NCBI GenBank assembly: GCA_002269645.1
Contig: NIVC01000003.1
Coordinates: 1-64,000 of the forward strand
Source of the DNA: Macrostomum lignano
Lineage: Eukaryota
Direction: 5' to 3'
DNA length: 64,000 nucleotides
The notes under the pieces are model-generated. The model was not told where the DNA came from and did no database searches. It saw only the letters and a program-made list of their open reading frames with translations. The translations under genes were made by a program, and so were the position numbers. Below are positions 36,401 through 47,442 of this stretch, piece after piece (the stretch's first letter is position 1; each line of letters opens with the position of its first letter).

Positions 36401-39400
36401 TAGAAATTTCGGAATTGTGATTTTTGCGGGCTTGTGATGGCGACCCGCTAGTGACTAAGCTAATAGCTGTCCCCCCTGTCCATCGCATTCCCCAGTACCG
36501 GGATTCCAACCCGGGCAAGCGGCTGCCGCAGATCGTGGGCCTGACCGCCAGTCCTGGCACCGGCCAAGCCTGCAAGCTCCAGGAGGCCACCGAGCATGTG
36601 CTGAAAATCTGCGCCAACCTGGACTGCCAGGAGCTCTGCACGGTGCGGCAGCATCTCCCCAGCCTGCGCACCAGCGTCTTCGACCCCAAGGACAGAATGC
36701 ACTGGGCCCCCGCCAAGCCCTTCACAGACTCCCTGCTGGGCGAGCTGGACCGCCTGATGCAGCGAGCGGAGGACCTGCTAGCCCATGAGGCCAAGCGATT
36801 CGAGTTTCTCATTCCGAGACCGCCTTCGGCTCGGGGCAGCTTCATTTACACCAACTACACTGGCATGCTGCACAAGATGCTCAAGGAGGAGACTCGGGAG
36901 CAGCCGTCCTGCATGCTGCACGCGGCCTGGAAGCACCTGCTGCGGTACAACTTTGCCCATCTCATCTGCAGCTTGTTCAGGTGCGCCGCTTGCATGTGCT
37001 GTGGGACGGTTACAGCTGGGGAGAGTCGGCGGGGAGGCTGGTAGGGTAGTGGGGAGGCTGATATGATAGATATGATATGATAGGGAGGCTAATAGGGTAG
37101 GTGAAGAGGCTAATAGGGTGGGTGAAGAGGCTAATATGGTGTGTGGGGAGGCTGATAGGGTGAGTGGGGAGGCTGGTATGGTGGGTGGGGAGGCTGATAT
37201 GGTGGGTGGGGAGGCTGATAGTGTAGGTGGGGAGGCTGATATCGTGGTGGGTGGGGCTGATAAGGTTGATGAGGAGGCTGATAGGACGCGACTTATTACT
37301 ACAGTCGGAGTCAAATCTCGTGTGTCTCATACGCGCCGCTTTGAAGTGGGTACAACACGATTGTCTGCCAAAATTACCGGCATTGTCACTTGAATGATTG
37401 TTTTAAAATGCTATAACTGGCAAAAGTTCTTTAAAACGCCAGGTGTTAACGTCTGTGCAGACGTCTGTGAGGATAAGAAAGTCAGCATTGTCATTTAAAA
37501 GATACCACAGCATATCACTTTCATTAGTTAAAAAAAAATCTTCTAACCGTATAACAATTCTTTCATAAGCAGATTTCATAGCAGTAGTGTGAAAACTCCT
37601 GAAAAAGCTCAAGTTTCACGAATCTATTTTTATAAAGTTCTAAAAATCGGTGGTAAAGTTTGAGTTAGTTACTCAACCCAGTTACTGCAAAGGCAGCTGT
37701 GTGATGCGGGAAGATAGTTTGAGCCCTGTCACCCGGGGCAGTCGCAATGAAAGTAACCCTACCCAAGACACGAATAGGGTCTAGTCAATGAAGGGCAGTT
37801 GCATCGAAAATTCTGACTAGAAGAAATCAAGGTCCCTACACGCCTTTGCACTCCTGACGAAAGCTTAACCAGCTTTCGAGATGCAATGGAGGCTAAGTAC
37901 GCACTTTTCACCAGCATTCCACACTTAACCAGCAAAAGCTTTTGACCAAAATCTGACCAGCCAAGCCAGTAACTGCTGATAAGTGTCTCGCAGCTTGTCA
38001 AATGCTGGTATTGTATTCCAAATTGACTAGCCACTCACCAGTGCGACGAATGCCCTGCTGGTGAGGAGGCTGATAGACTGGTGGGTGGGAAGGCTGATAG
38101 GCTGGTGGGAAGGCTGATAGGCTGGTGGGGAGGCAGGGTTGGGAGGCTGATAGGGTAGGTGGGTAGGCTGATAGGGTGGGTTGGGAGGCTGATAGGGTGG
38201 GTGGGGAGGCTGATAGGGTAGGTGGGTAGGCTGATAGGGTAGGTGGGGAGGCTGATAGGGTAGGTGGGGAGGTTGATAGGCTGGTAGGAAGGCTGATAGG
38301 CTGGTGGGAAGGCTGATAGGCTGGTAGGAAGGCTGATAGGCTGGTGGGAAGGCTGATAGGCTGGTGGGAAGGCTGATATGCTGGTAGGAAGGCTGATAGG
38401 CTGGTGGGAAGGCTGATAGGCTGGTGGGGAGGCAGGGTTGGGAGGCTGATAGGGTAGGTGGGTAGGCTGATAGGGTGGGTTGGGAGGCTGATAGGCTGGT
38501 GGGAAGGCTGATAGGCTGGTGGGAAGGCTGATAGGCTGGTAGGAAGGCTGATAGGCTGGTGGGAAGGCTGATAGGCTGGTGGGAAGGCTGATATGCTGGT
38601 AGGAAGGCTGATAGGCTGGTGGGAAGGCTGATAGGCTGGTGGGGAGGCAGGGTTGGGAGGCTGATAGGGTAGGTGGGTAGGCTGATAGGGTGGGTTGGGA
38701 GGCTGATAGGGTGGGTGGGGAGGCTGATAGGGTAGGTGGGTAGGCTGATAGGGTAGGTGGGGAGGCTGATAGGGTAGGTGGGGAGGTTGATAGGCTGGTA
38801 GGAAGGCTGATAGGCTGGTGGGAAGGCTGATAGGCTGGTAGGAAGGCTGATAGGCTGGTGGGAAGGCTGATAGGCTGGTGGGAAGGCTGATATGCTGGTG
38901 GGGAGGCAGGGTTGGGAGGCTGATAGGGTAGGTGGGTAGGCTGATAGGGTAGGTGGGTAGGCTGATAGGGTAGGTGGGAAGGCTGATAGGCTGGTGGGAA
39001 GGCTGATAGGCTGGTGGGAAGGCTGATAGGCTGGTGGGAAGGCTGATAGGCTGGTAGGAAGGCTGATAGGCTGGTGGGAAGGCTGATAGGCTGGTGGGAA
39101 GGCTGATAGGCTGGTAGGAAGGCTGATAGGCTGGTGGGAAGGCTGATAGGCTGGTGGGAAGGCTGATAGGCTGGTGGGAAGGCTGATAGGCTGGTGGGAA
39201 GGCTGATATGCTGGTGGGGAGGCAGGGTTGGGAGGCTGATAGGGTAGGTGGGTAGGCTGGTAGGGTGGGTTGGGAGGCTGATAGGGTGGGTGGGGAGGCT
39301 GATAGGCTGGTGGGGAGGCAGGGTTGGGAGGCTGATAGGATGGGTGGGGAGGCTGATAGGGTGGGTGGGGAGGCTGATAGGGTGGGTTGAGAGGCTGATA

Positions 39401-41926
39401 AATAGCGCCAATAGGTTTAATAGTGCAACAAGCCCTCTGGTTCCTTCCTATCCCGCAGGTCTGTGGACGCCCTTCGCTACCTCCGGGACGAGCTGGACCC
39501 GGAGTGTGGCCAGCCCACCTGCCGGCTGGACCGGGATCTGCGGGACGACCTTCGCAGCGCCCTGCCGAAAATGGACGCGTTCTGCCGGGAGCAGCCCGAG
39601 GCCGCAGGTTCGAGTCCCGCTCTGAAAATCTTGGCCGAAATCCTTCGCGGTCAGTTTGGCCAGAACGGGGACTCGCGGGTGATCATCTTTGTGCAGCAGC
39701 GCTGCTTCACCCGCTCCATCAAGGACTTCTTGGACAGCAGCCAGCCCGAGCTGGCCAACGCCGGGGTCAGGGCCGCCGTCATGACCGGTGCGAACGCCTG
39801 TGGCGCCGTTGGCGGCATCACGCAGAATGCGCAGACCGACACGCTGGCCGACTTTAGGCGGGGCGTGGCTAAGGTGGGGATTTGAGGGATTGTGGGTGGG
39901 ATTCGGGTGGTTGTTGGGTTATTCTAAGCTCAGGGGTTAGCAGAGTGGGCAGAATCGCGTTGCGCCAGGTTGCCCAGAGCCCACCTGAATTATTATTATT
40001 ATTATTACTATTATTATTATTATTACTATTATTATTATGAAACCCCGCAGATTCTCATCAGCACGAGCGTCAGCGAGGAGGGCCTGGACGTGCAAAAGTG
40101 CAACATGGTTGTTCGCTTCTGCCACGTCACCAACGAAATCGCCATGGTGCAGTCGAAGGGCCGCGGCCGGGCCGAGGGCAGCACGTATCACGTGATTGTG
40201 CCCGAGCAGCTGGGCTGGCTGTCCGACAAGGAGAAGACAAACAGGATGCGGGACGAGATGATGCAGGAGGCTGTGCTGCGGCTGAGCAAGATGGAGCAGC
40301 TGGAGTTCCAGGCCAAGGTGCTGCTCTGGTCTCTGTGCTCGTTTGGCTTTGTAGATATGCTTGCGTGTTGTGAGGCTGCTAGCGTCTTTGATGATTTTTA
40401 TGGGTTTGAAATTTCTCCTTTCTGTCTTTGATAATGTTAATGAGTCTTTGAGGATGTCAATGTGTCTTTGAGATTGTTAATGAGTCTTTGAGGATGTCAA
40501 TGTGTCTTTGAGGATGTTACTGTGTCTTTGAGGTTGTTAATATGTCTTTGAAGATGTTAATCTGTCTTTGAGGATGTTAATGTGTCTTTGAGGTTGTTAA
40601 TCTGTCTTTGAAGATGTTAATCTGTCTTTGAGGATGTTAATGTGTCTTTGAGGATGTCAATCTGTCTTTGACGATGTCAATCTGTCTTTGAGGATGTCAA
40701 TGTGTCTTTGAGGTTGTTAATCTGTCTTTGAAGATGTTAATCTGTCTTTGAGGATGTTAATGTGTCTTTGAGGATGTTAATGTGTCTTTGAGGATGTTTA
40801 TCTGTCTTTGAGGATGTTAATGTGTCTTTGAGGATGTTAATCTGTCTTTGAGGATGTCAATGTGTCTTTGAGGTTGTTAATCTGTCTTTGAGGATGTTAA
40901 TGTGTCTTTGAGGATGTTAATGTGTCTTTGAGGATGTTAATCTGTCTTTGAGGATGTTAATGTGTCTTTGAGGATGTTAATGTGTCTTTGAGGATGTTTA
41001 TCTGTCTTTGAGGATGTTAATGTGTCTTTGAGGATGTTAATCTGTCTTTGAGGATGTCAATGTGTCTTTGAGGAGGTTAATCTGTCTTTGAGGATGTCAA
41101 TGTGTCTTTGAGGATGTTAATGTGTCTTTGAAGATGTTAATCTGTCTTTGAGGATGTTAATCTGTCTTTGATTATGTTAGTGTGTCTTAGTATGTTAATG
41201 TGTCTTTGAGCACGTTACTTGTCTTTAAGGATGTTCATGTCTTTAAGGATGTTACTGTGTCTATTTTGAATTTTGTCTTGTGAGAGGCTGGTGTGTCTTT
41301 AGGCGCCTCAATGTGTCCCAATGTGTGCTAGCGTGTATGCGCCTTTAGAAACGCTGATTTCAGCTCTTGCGTCTTGACTCCATCAGGTGCAGAAACTGCA
41401 GTCCGACCAGGCCTGCCTGCGCAAGATTCAGCAGATCCAGAAGTCTGCCGCTTCCGCGAGGGGTGCTGCTGCGCCTCGGGGTTCAACGCCGCGGCCCCAC
41501 TACAACCTGCAGTGCGTCGGCTGCAACACCCTCGCTTGCACTTCGCTGGACCTCCGCATGGCCGACAAGCATTTCGTGGTGCTGCGCGACTCCCTGCTGA
41601 CCGACGGCCGCGCTCGTCTGCAGCCAAGGCCGGGCGGCCCCGCCGAAGACCTGCTGAACTCGCAGATTGTCTGCGCCAAGTGCCAGAAGCTGTGGGGCGG
41701 CCTGCGCAAGTTCAAGGACCTGGTGTTCCCCTGGCTGAAGGTGGAGCCGTTCAAGTTCGTCAACTCCTCCACTGGGGTGTCTGCCTTCGGAGTGAAGAAG
41801 TGGGCGGACACGAGCAAGTACTTCGGCACGCCCGAGCTTAGCAACAAGGAAATGCTCGACAAGGCGGAGGGCCTGCCTGAGGAGCTGTACATGCAGCTGC
41901 TGGCCGGCTCAGCGCCCGAGGAGTAG
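30470..41926 (+). CDS. RIG-I-like receptor (DDX58/IFIH1-like), ~1037 aa: CARD/death-fold-like N-terminus, SF2 helicase, Zn-binding CTD. Exons: 30470-30608, 31271-31432, 32465-32686, 33453-33590, 34727-35157, 35591-35905, 36496-36980, 39459-39873, 40051-40317, 41387-41926
   Basis: Q-motif RAYQLEL, motif I APTGSGKT, DECHH, GLTASPG, VIIFV, STSVSEEGLDV, QSKGRGR, CTD CVGC...CAKC. Exons total 3114 nt, in frame, all GT-AG. The start codon is uncertain. Confidence 0.93.
30640..31220. repeat. ~39-bp minisatellite, RLR intron 1
   Basis: gcagcagctctctgaatcactgtggcattggggagggta. Confidence 0.95.
31555..32435. repeat. 32/33-bp minisatellite, RLR intron 2
   Basis: ggactggtgagatacggtaggacatacaaagac and variants. 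Confidence 0.95.
32750..33130. repeat. Degenerate pyrimidine-rich repeat, RLR intron 3
   Basis: cccaatcccatctct units. Confidence 0.8.
33700..34264. repeat. 30-bp minisatellite, RLR intron 4
   Basis: gggttagagtacatgctttaggtaatgttt. Confidence 0.95.
34265..34604. mobile_element. ~340-bp hAT (Charlie-like) MITE
   Basis: TIRs CAGGGGTCGGCAAACT / AGTTTGCCGACCTCTG (15/16 match); ctttaggt on both sides, the right copy displaced by 3 nt. Confidence 0.8.
36297..36439. mobile_element. Small fold-back/MITE-like element in RLR intron 6
   Basis: catcacaagcccgcaaaatcac...ccgaaa and tttcggaattgtgatttttgcgggcttgtgatg form a ~33-bp imperfect inverted repeat. Confidence 0.55.
37040..37270. repeat. G-rich (ggaggctgataggg)-type repeat, RLR intron 7
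   Basis: Visible. Confidence 0.8.
38060..39400. repeat. 1.3-kb G-rich 16-20-bp minisatellite (ggaaggctgataggctggtg)n with higher-order blocks
   Basis: Visible; same family as 37040-37270. Confidence 0.95.
39988..40038. repeat. (TAT)n microsatellite directly upstream of an RLR acceptor
   Basis: Visible. Confidence 0.9.
40430..41200. repeat. 20-bp minisatellite (tgtctttgaggatgttaatg)n, RLR intron 9
   Basis: Visible. Confidence 0.95.
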
Positions 41927-42654
41927 GCAGAGATGGGGAATCCCCCTGCCAGTTGCCAACTGTCGGATATGTTCGTTGTTACAGATTTACAATAGGCACC
42001 TGTGCCAGTACTATTGATTCATCTTATCGATTGATATTGAAGCTGATTCATTTTAGGAACTGATCTGCAATCTGTGCGGATCCTTACTGATTATTGCCTT
42101 ATGCTAAATATATATTTATTTTGATTTTTGCCCAATGAATGCTTTGGCCCCGAAACCTGGTGAGCTGTGATCATTTTATCAGCGTGTAACAATTCCGTTA
42201 TTGAGCTAAGGGCAGTAATAACTACTATAACAAATATACTCTGCCGTTTAATTAGAAAACTAACTCCATAGACTGTTTGACTGCATTTTTAAGTCCTTTG
42301 TGTCTGGCCTTCTGATAACATGATCAACCTGAAATTGTGCGAGCAAAGTCTCCGGCTGCTTTGATTTTGCCGTAAATAGTTAGGCCTTAAAGTGCATCTG
42401 CGAATCATCTTGAGCGTAAAAATCGTGTTTGAATCAATCGATCGGCTTCTCATTCGCTTTTGAGCCAGAAATTTGATAAGTCTAAGCAGGCTGGGAACCG
42501 ATCTCAGTTCGTGGTTGGTGAAGTTAGCTGAAAATATAAAAATCAATCAGTAAGCCGAATGAGTATACTGTGTCATAAAGCATATCACCGCCTTGCAGTT
42601 GCGTGCGCTGCAATTTTTTGGGGCACCGATTTTTGGCTTTTGGTGGGCGCCCCT

Positions 42655-43350
42655 GTCTCTAGACGAGCGCTCCTGTCTATAGGTGTAGTGCCCTTGTCTC
42701 TAGACGAGCGCTCCTGTCTATAGGTGTAGTGCCCTTGTCTCTAGACGAGCGCTTCTGTCTATAGGTGTAGTGCCCTTGTCTCTAGACGAGCGCTTCTGTC
42801 TATAGGTGTAGTGCCCTTGTCTCTAGACGAGCGCTTCTGTCTATAGGTGTAGTGCCCTTGTCTCTAGACGAGCGCTTCTGTCTATAGGTGTAGTGTCCTT
42901 GTCTCTAGACGAGCGCTTCTGTCTATAGGTGTAGTGCCCTTGTCTCTAGACGAGCGCTTCTGTCTATAGGTGTAGTGCCCTTGTCTCTAGACGAGCGCTT
43001 CTGTCTATAGGTGTAGTGCCCTTGTCTCTAGACGAGCGCTTCTGTCTATAGGTGTAGTGCCCTTGTCTCTAGACGAGCGCTTCTGTCTATAGGTGTAGTG
43101 CCCTTGTCTCTAGACGAGCGCTTCTGTCTATAGGTGTAGTGCCCTTGTCTCTAGACGAGCGCTTCTGTCTATAGGTGTAGTGCCCTTGTCTCTAGACGAG
43201 CGCTTCTGTCTATAGGTGTAGTGCCCTTGTCTCTAGACGAGCGCTTCTGTCTCTAGATGAGCGCTCCTGTCTCTAGATGAGCGCTCCTGTCTCTAGTTGA
43301 GCGCTCAATTCTCAAGGTGAGCGCTCCTGTCTCTAGATGAGCGCTCCTGT
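42655..43350. repeat. 41-bp minisatellite (gtctctagacgagcgcttctgtctataggtgtagtgccctt)n, decaying to ~20-bp units
   Basis: Visible. Confidence 0.95.
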
Positions 43351-44215
43351 TTCTAGATCTCTAGGTCTCTAGGGACTTTGTTTTTGGAGGAGCACAGCGT
43401 TTATGGGGGGGGGGGGCGATTCAAGGGGTTCGGCCCCCATCTGCATACGGTTTACACTGCTGACATGCATGTAAACTTGCTAAAAAGTGGCACAAGTGCG
43501 CATTAGGGAGTTGAGCTGAGCGCAAATGAAGGGACAAGTCGCAGCTGCTGAGCTCTAGGGTCTCTTTATAGCTCTCCGTGACCGAGCCATCAGGTATCTT
43601 CACCACACAGAGCTTAAAGAAACGGTCGTTCGTGAGTGCCTTTTATCATGGCGCGAGAGCCCTCAAGCCCTTTGGCGTCTCTTGGCTGTCTTGGCCCTTC
43701 TAACTTAGCCCTTATTAAACTCGTGGGGCGCACAAGTTTGAGCTTCTCTGTCGGACGGGTCTGCGGTTTTGAGCGCTCGGCCCTTTGAAGGGCCCTGGCC
43801 GGCCCCCGAGCTCCGAGTTCTTCCAGATAGGGACTTTCAGTGGGCTCAGGGCCCTCTCCACCTCCGTTGGTCCCTGACACCTGTTGGGTTTCGGCCCACC
43901 ACCCACCAAAGCTGCACATCGCTGACAACTAATTAGGAGCCCCAAGAGCTATGAGCATCCGTCTCGAACTGGCTACAGTTCAACCAAAGTAATTAACACT
44001 AACTGTGAGAATCCGGCTGGAAACCTTTTAAATATTTGTTTTATTGTATATTTTAGTTAACACAAGATTAGTGTAGCCATGAGACAGCAGGTGGCAAAGC
44101 AGTGTTGAAAAAATAAACTGTTGCTTGTTGCATCTGTCATACTGAATGAAGCCTGTAGTTCGTTAGTATAATTGGACTGGACATCCAGTTCAGCGGTGCC
44201 CCACCCTTCTGCACC

Positions 44216-45184
44216 CTACTTCCGCCGTCTGTGCGACAGCACGCCCGCTCCGACGCGGCGGCAGTGGGCGGTGAACTCCTCCGGGGTGATGAACATCGGC
44301 GGGCAGGCAGCCCGGGTGCAGGCGGCGCTGCGGTCCGGCAGGCAGAAGCAGCGGTTGCAGCCGTCGAAGAAGGCCAGTTCGGCGGTGCGCCGGCCCCTGC
44401 ACAGGCTGTCGGCGTCCAGGCAGGTCGTGTAGAAGCGCGACCGGTCCTTCTTCTCCTGGAAGCGGCGCTGCGCCTCCCGGCAGTAGAGAGCGGCGGCCTC
44501 GTTGTCGGGCTCCGGCTGCGGGCACTCGCGGCTGTCGGCCACGCGGGCCAGGCCGTCCGACACGCAGGTGACGTTCCGACAGCCGTCGTTGTACTGGAAG
44601 CCCGGCAGGAACTCCTCGCAGATGCGGCTGTGCCGCAGCGCCGGGCACTCGAACTCGTCCTCCTCGAGCGCGCCGGCTCGCGGCTCCTCCGACTGCTGCT
44701 TTTCCGAGCCCTCCGACTCCAACGCCAATGCCACGAAGCGGCAGTACGGGCCGGTCGGGTCGGTCACCGGGCATTCCATGCGGGTCCTGGCGTGGCCGCC
44801 GGCCGCCAGACAGCGGACCCGGTTGCAGCCGTCGCTGAAGGCGAAGCCGGCGCCGCGGCGGGTACAGACGGAGTCGGCATCGATGTTGTAGCAAGTGAAG
44901 GGGCCGAGGCGGCTCCAGACGGCGCGGGAGAGGCTCTCGCAGAGGTTCCGCTCGCCCCGGCTGCTGGGCTCCGGGCAGGCCAGGAGGGTGGTGCTCGCCA
45001 GACCGCCATCGTTGCAGGTGACGGTGTTGCAGCCATCGTTGTAGCTGAAGCCGGACTCCGTGGCGTTGCAGACGAGTCCGGGATCGAGGTCCGGACAGCG
45101 CAGGGCCGGCTCATCCTTCTCGGCCTGACTACTCGAAACGGCAGTGCACAGCAGGCCCACCGTGATGAGGAAGAGAAGCTGCAT
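44216..45184 (-). CDS. Secreted pacifastin-like multi-repeat protease inhibitor A (322 aa, 4 repeats, intronless)
   Basis: Signal MQLLFLITVGLLCTAVSSSQA; last repeat canonical FFDGCNRCFCLPDRSAACTRAAC; three DGCNxVxC variants. Confidence 0.85.
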   Translation of the reverse strand: MQLLFLITVGLLCTAVSSSQAEKDEPALRCPDLDPGLVCNATESGFSYNDGCNTVTCNDGGLASTTLLACPEPSSRGERNLCESLSRAVWSRLGPFTCYNIDADSVCTRRGAGFAFSDGCNRVRCLAAGGHARTRMECPVTDPTGPYCRFVALALESEGSEKQQSEEPRAGALEEDEFECPALRHSRICEEFLPGFQYNDGCRNVTCVSDGLARVADSRECPQPEPDNEAAALYCREAQRRFQEKKDRSRFYTTCLDADSLCRGRRTAELAFFDGCNRCFCLPDRSAACTRAACPPMFITPEEFTAHCRRVGAGVLSHRRRK

Positions 45185-46314
45185 AGTTTTCGTTTATCCC
45201 AGTAGTCTCTTAGAAAAGCTGAATTGATATTTTGCTGTGGGAAAAGCATCAGCTTTTCAAGTCTTTTATGCCAACGAAGCGGACAGTTCGAAGAGTAAAA
45301 TGGCAGTTTGAACTTCCGTTTTCTGACATTTAGCATTTCAAAGCTGATTGCTGATAATTGCCGACATAATTGGCAGTGCGAACCGGTTGCTGGGCGAACC
45401 TTTCTACCCTTTCAAGCCCCGCCAGCTCAGGCTGATCTGGCACTGACGGGGAGGGGCTCCTGACTCATCAATTCTCCAGTTTTGGTGGTCAGCTGCCGCT
45501 GCATTGGCCAGATCCGCAAACTGACCGATGGCAGCTCACAATTGCCCAGCCCAGTGAGAAAGCGCCAACTCGGGCAACAGGCCCAGTTTCGTGTTGACTG
45601 TGCGAAATGTTTTATTCTATTTCATTCAGCGCAAATAAAGCGGTTGATGCCGAGGTCAAAACGATTGCGGCCAGGCCCTGGCTTAGCGACAAACGCGGTT
45701 GGTCCCTTTGTCAGCCCCGCCCCCGGTCTGCCCAGCTCTGCAATCAAGCGCTGGGCCAGAGCCCGGACCGCAAGGAAATACTGAGCTACAAGTCCTGGCC
45801 TAAAAACGCGATGGGATGACGTGTCGCATGTACACAGGGATAGCGGCATTGGGAATAATCAACAAATTGGAAAATAAGATTACGTATTGATCAAGTCTAC
45901 ACCAGCATTATCGAGGTTCTATCGGTAATGAAATCGGGGTTAATGAGAGGGAAAGAGATGCATCAACAGAGATCGGAGGCCGCATGCAGAATGTATAAAG
46001 CGAGTACTAGCAAAGTAAGTAACGCGGAGTTTTTAAAAAATGACGCCCCTCGCAGCGCTTGCACGAGAAAAGTTTACAAGTTTTACTTCTACAGCCCATC
46101 ACAAGGTCAGCGAGACGCTTCCAGCTACCGGCCAACCCCCCATTGTCATTTGCCAAGCCGCGAGCGCAACTGAAACCTTTCCCAGTCACCCGTGCAAATT
46201 CTAAAAACAACAGCAAATTTTTGTGGAAACGCCTCGAGTCTCGTATAACATTGATGTGCGGCTTCGCTGATGGTTGGTCAAGGCACAGGTACGTGAACGA
46301 AATCGGCAGGGTCT

Positions 46315-47442
46315 CTAGTTGATGATGCCGGCCTTGCGCCGCACGCACTCTGCCCTGAACTCCTCCTCAGTGCTGAAGTAGGGCTGACAAGCCCGCCGGG
46401 TGCAGCCTGCCCGATTGACGCCCATGCAGAAGCAATAGTTGCAGCCGTCGAAGAACGATTTCCGCTCCCCGGGCTGCTTGCAGACGTCCGCAGCCGTCAG
46501 GCAGCTCGTGCGCCGCTTTGACTCTCGGCGCTTCGCCTCCATGGCCGTCTTGGCGTCGCTGCACCTGCGAGCGGCCTCCGCCTCGCTGCCCACCCGACAG
46601 AGGCGGGTGGTGCTGACACCACGGCCCGGCGAGGAGCAGTACACTTCGTTGCATCCGTCGTTGTAGCGAAAGCCGTTCATCTCATTCGTGCAGATTCGCG
46701 ACATGGCCAGCTCCGGACAGTCGAGGTCCCGGTTGCCCTCAGGAGCAGTTCGGCGGGCTTTGCTGACCACCCACTGGCAGAGGGCGCTCTCGGAACTGGC
46801 TGGCGGGCAGCCCATGAGCGTGCTGGTCCACATGCCGCTCTCTCCGCACTCGATCGTGTTGCAGCCGTCGCTGAATCGGTACCCGATGCCCTCCATCCGG
46901 CAGACCTCCGTCTTGTTGATCCCCGAGCAGGTCCGCGGCTCCATCCGTTCGACCAGGCGCTCCATGCGCCGCTCGCACCTGGCGATCTGGGTAGGGTCTC
47001 CCGGCGACGGGCAGAACATCAACGTGGACGTGCCGCTGCCGTTGCCGTCGCAGACCACCGGGTTGCAGCCGTCGCTGTAAGTGAAGCCGGCACCGGCGGT
47101 GGCGCAGACGGCCTGCATGGACAGCGCCGGGCAGGTTACCCTGTCCGCATCGTCCAGTCGCAGCTGTATGTTCTCACGGATCGTCTGGCAGCGCTGTCGC
47201 TCCTCGGCTGTGGCGGCCGGCGGGCAGGCCATCAGCGTGGAGACCAGCGAGCCGCTACCGTCGCAGGTCACCGTGTTGCAGCCGTCATTGAAGCTGAAAT
47301 CGGCTGGCGCGAGCTTGCAGATCGACTGCTGCCAGCTGTAGCCGCAGCCGATGCCGTCGGACGAGTCTTCCTGGGATTTGGCGATCAGCGGAGCCGCTGT
47401 GGCCAAGAATAGCGCAATGAGCAGTCGGCAGGGATGCTGCAT
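46315..47442 (-). CDS. Secreted pacifastin-like multi-repeat protease inhibitor B (375 aa, 5 repeats, intronless), tandem paralogue of A
   Basis: Signal MQHPCRLLIALFLATAAPLIA; last repeat FFDGCNYCFCMGVNRAGCTRRAC; four DGCNxVxC...STxxxC variants. Confidence 0.85.
   Translation of the reverse strand: MQHPCRLLIALFLATAAPLIAKSQEDSSDGIGCGYSWQQSICKLAPADFSFNDGCNTVTCDGSGSLVSTLMACPPAATAEERQRCQTIRENIQLRLDDADRVTCPALSMQAVCATAGAGFTYSDGCNPVVCDGNGSGTSTLMFCPSPGDPTQIARCERRMERLVERMEPRTCSGINKTEVCRMEGIGYRFSDGCNTIECGESGMWTSTLMGCPPASSESALCQWVVSKARRTAPEGNRDLDCPELAMSRICTNEMNGFRYNDGCNEVYCSSPGRGVSTTRLCRVGSEAEAARRCSDAKTAMEAKRRESKRRTSCLTAADVCKQPGERKSFFDGCNYCFCMGVNRAGCTRRACQPYFSTEEEFRAECVRRKAGIIN

Noticed and set aside
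42655-43350. CRISPR-like appearance of the 30-49-bp arrays
   Set aside because: Units are head-to-tail with no unique spacers, no cas genes are present, and the context is eukaryotic
44190-45336. Overlapping and antisense ORFs over GC-rich exons (here and across the RLR and GC genes)
   Set aside because: Expected by-product of high GC3 codon usage; no independent signals
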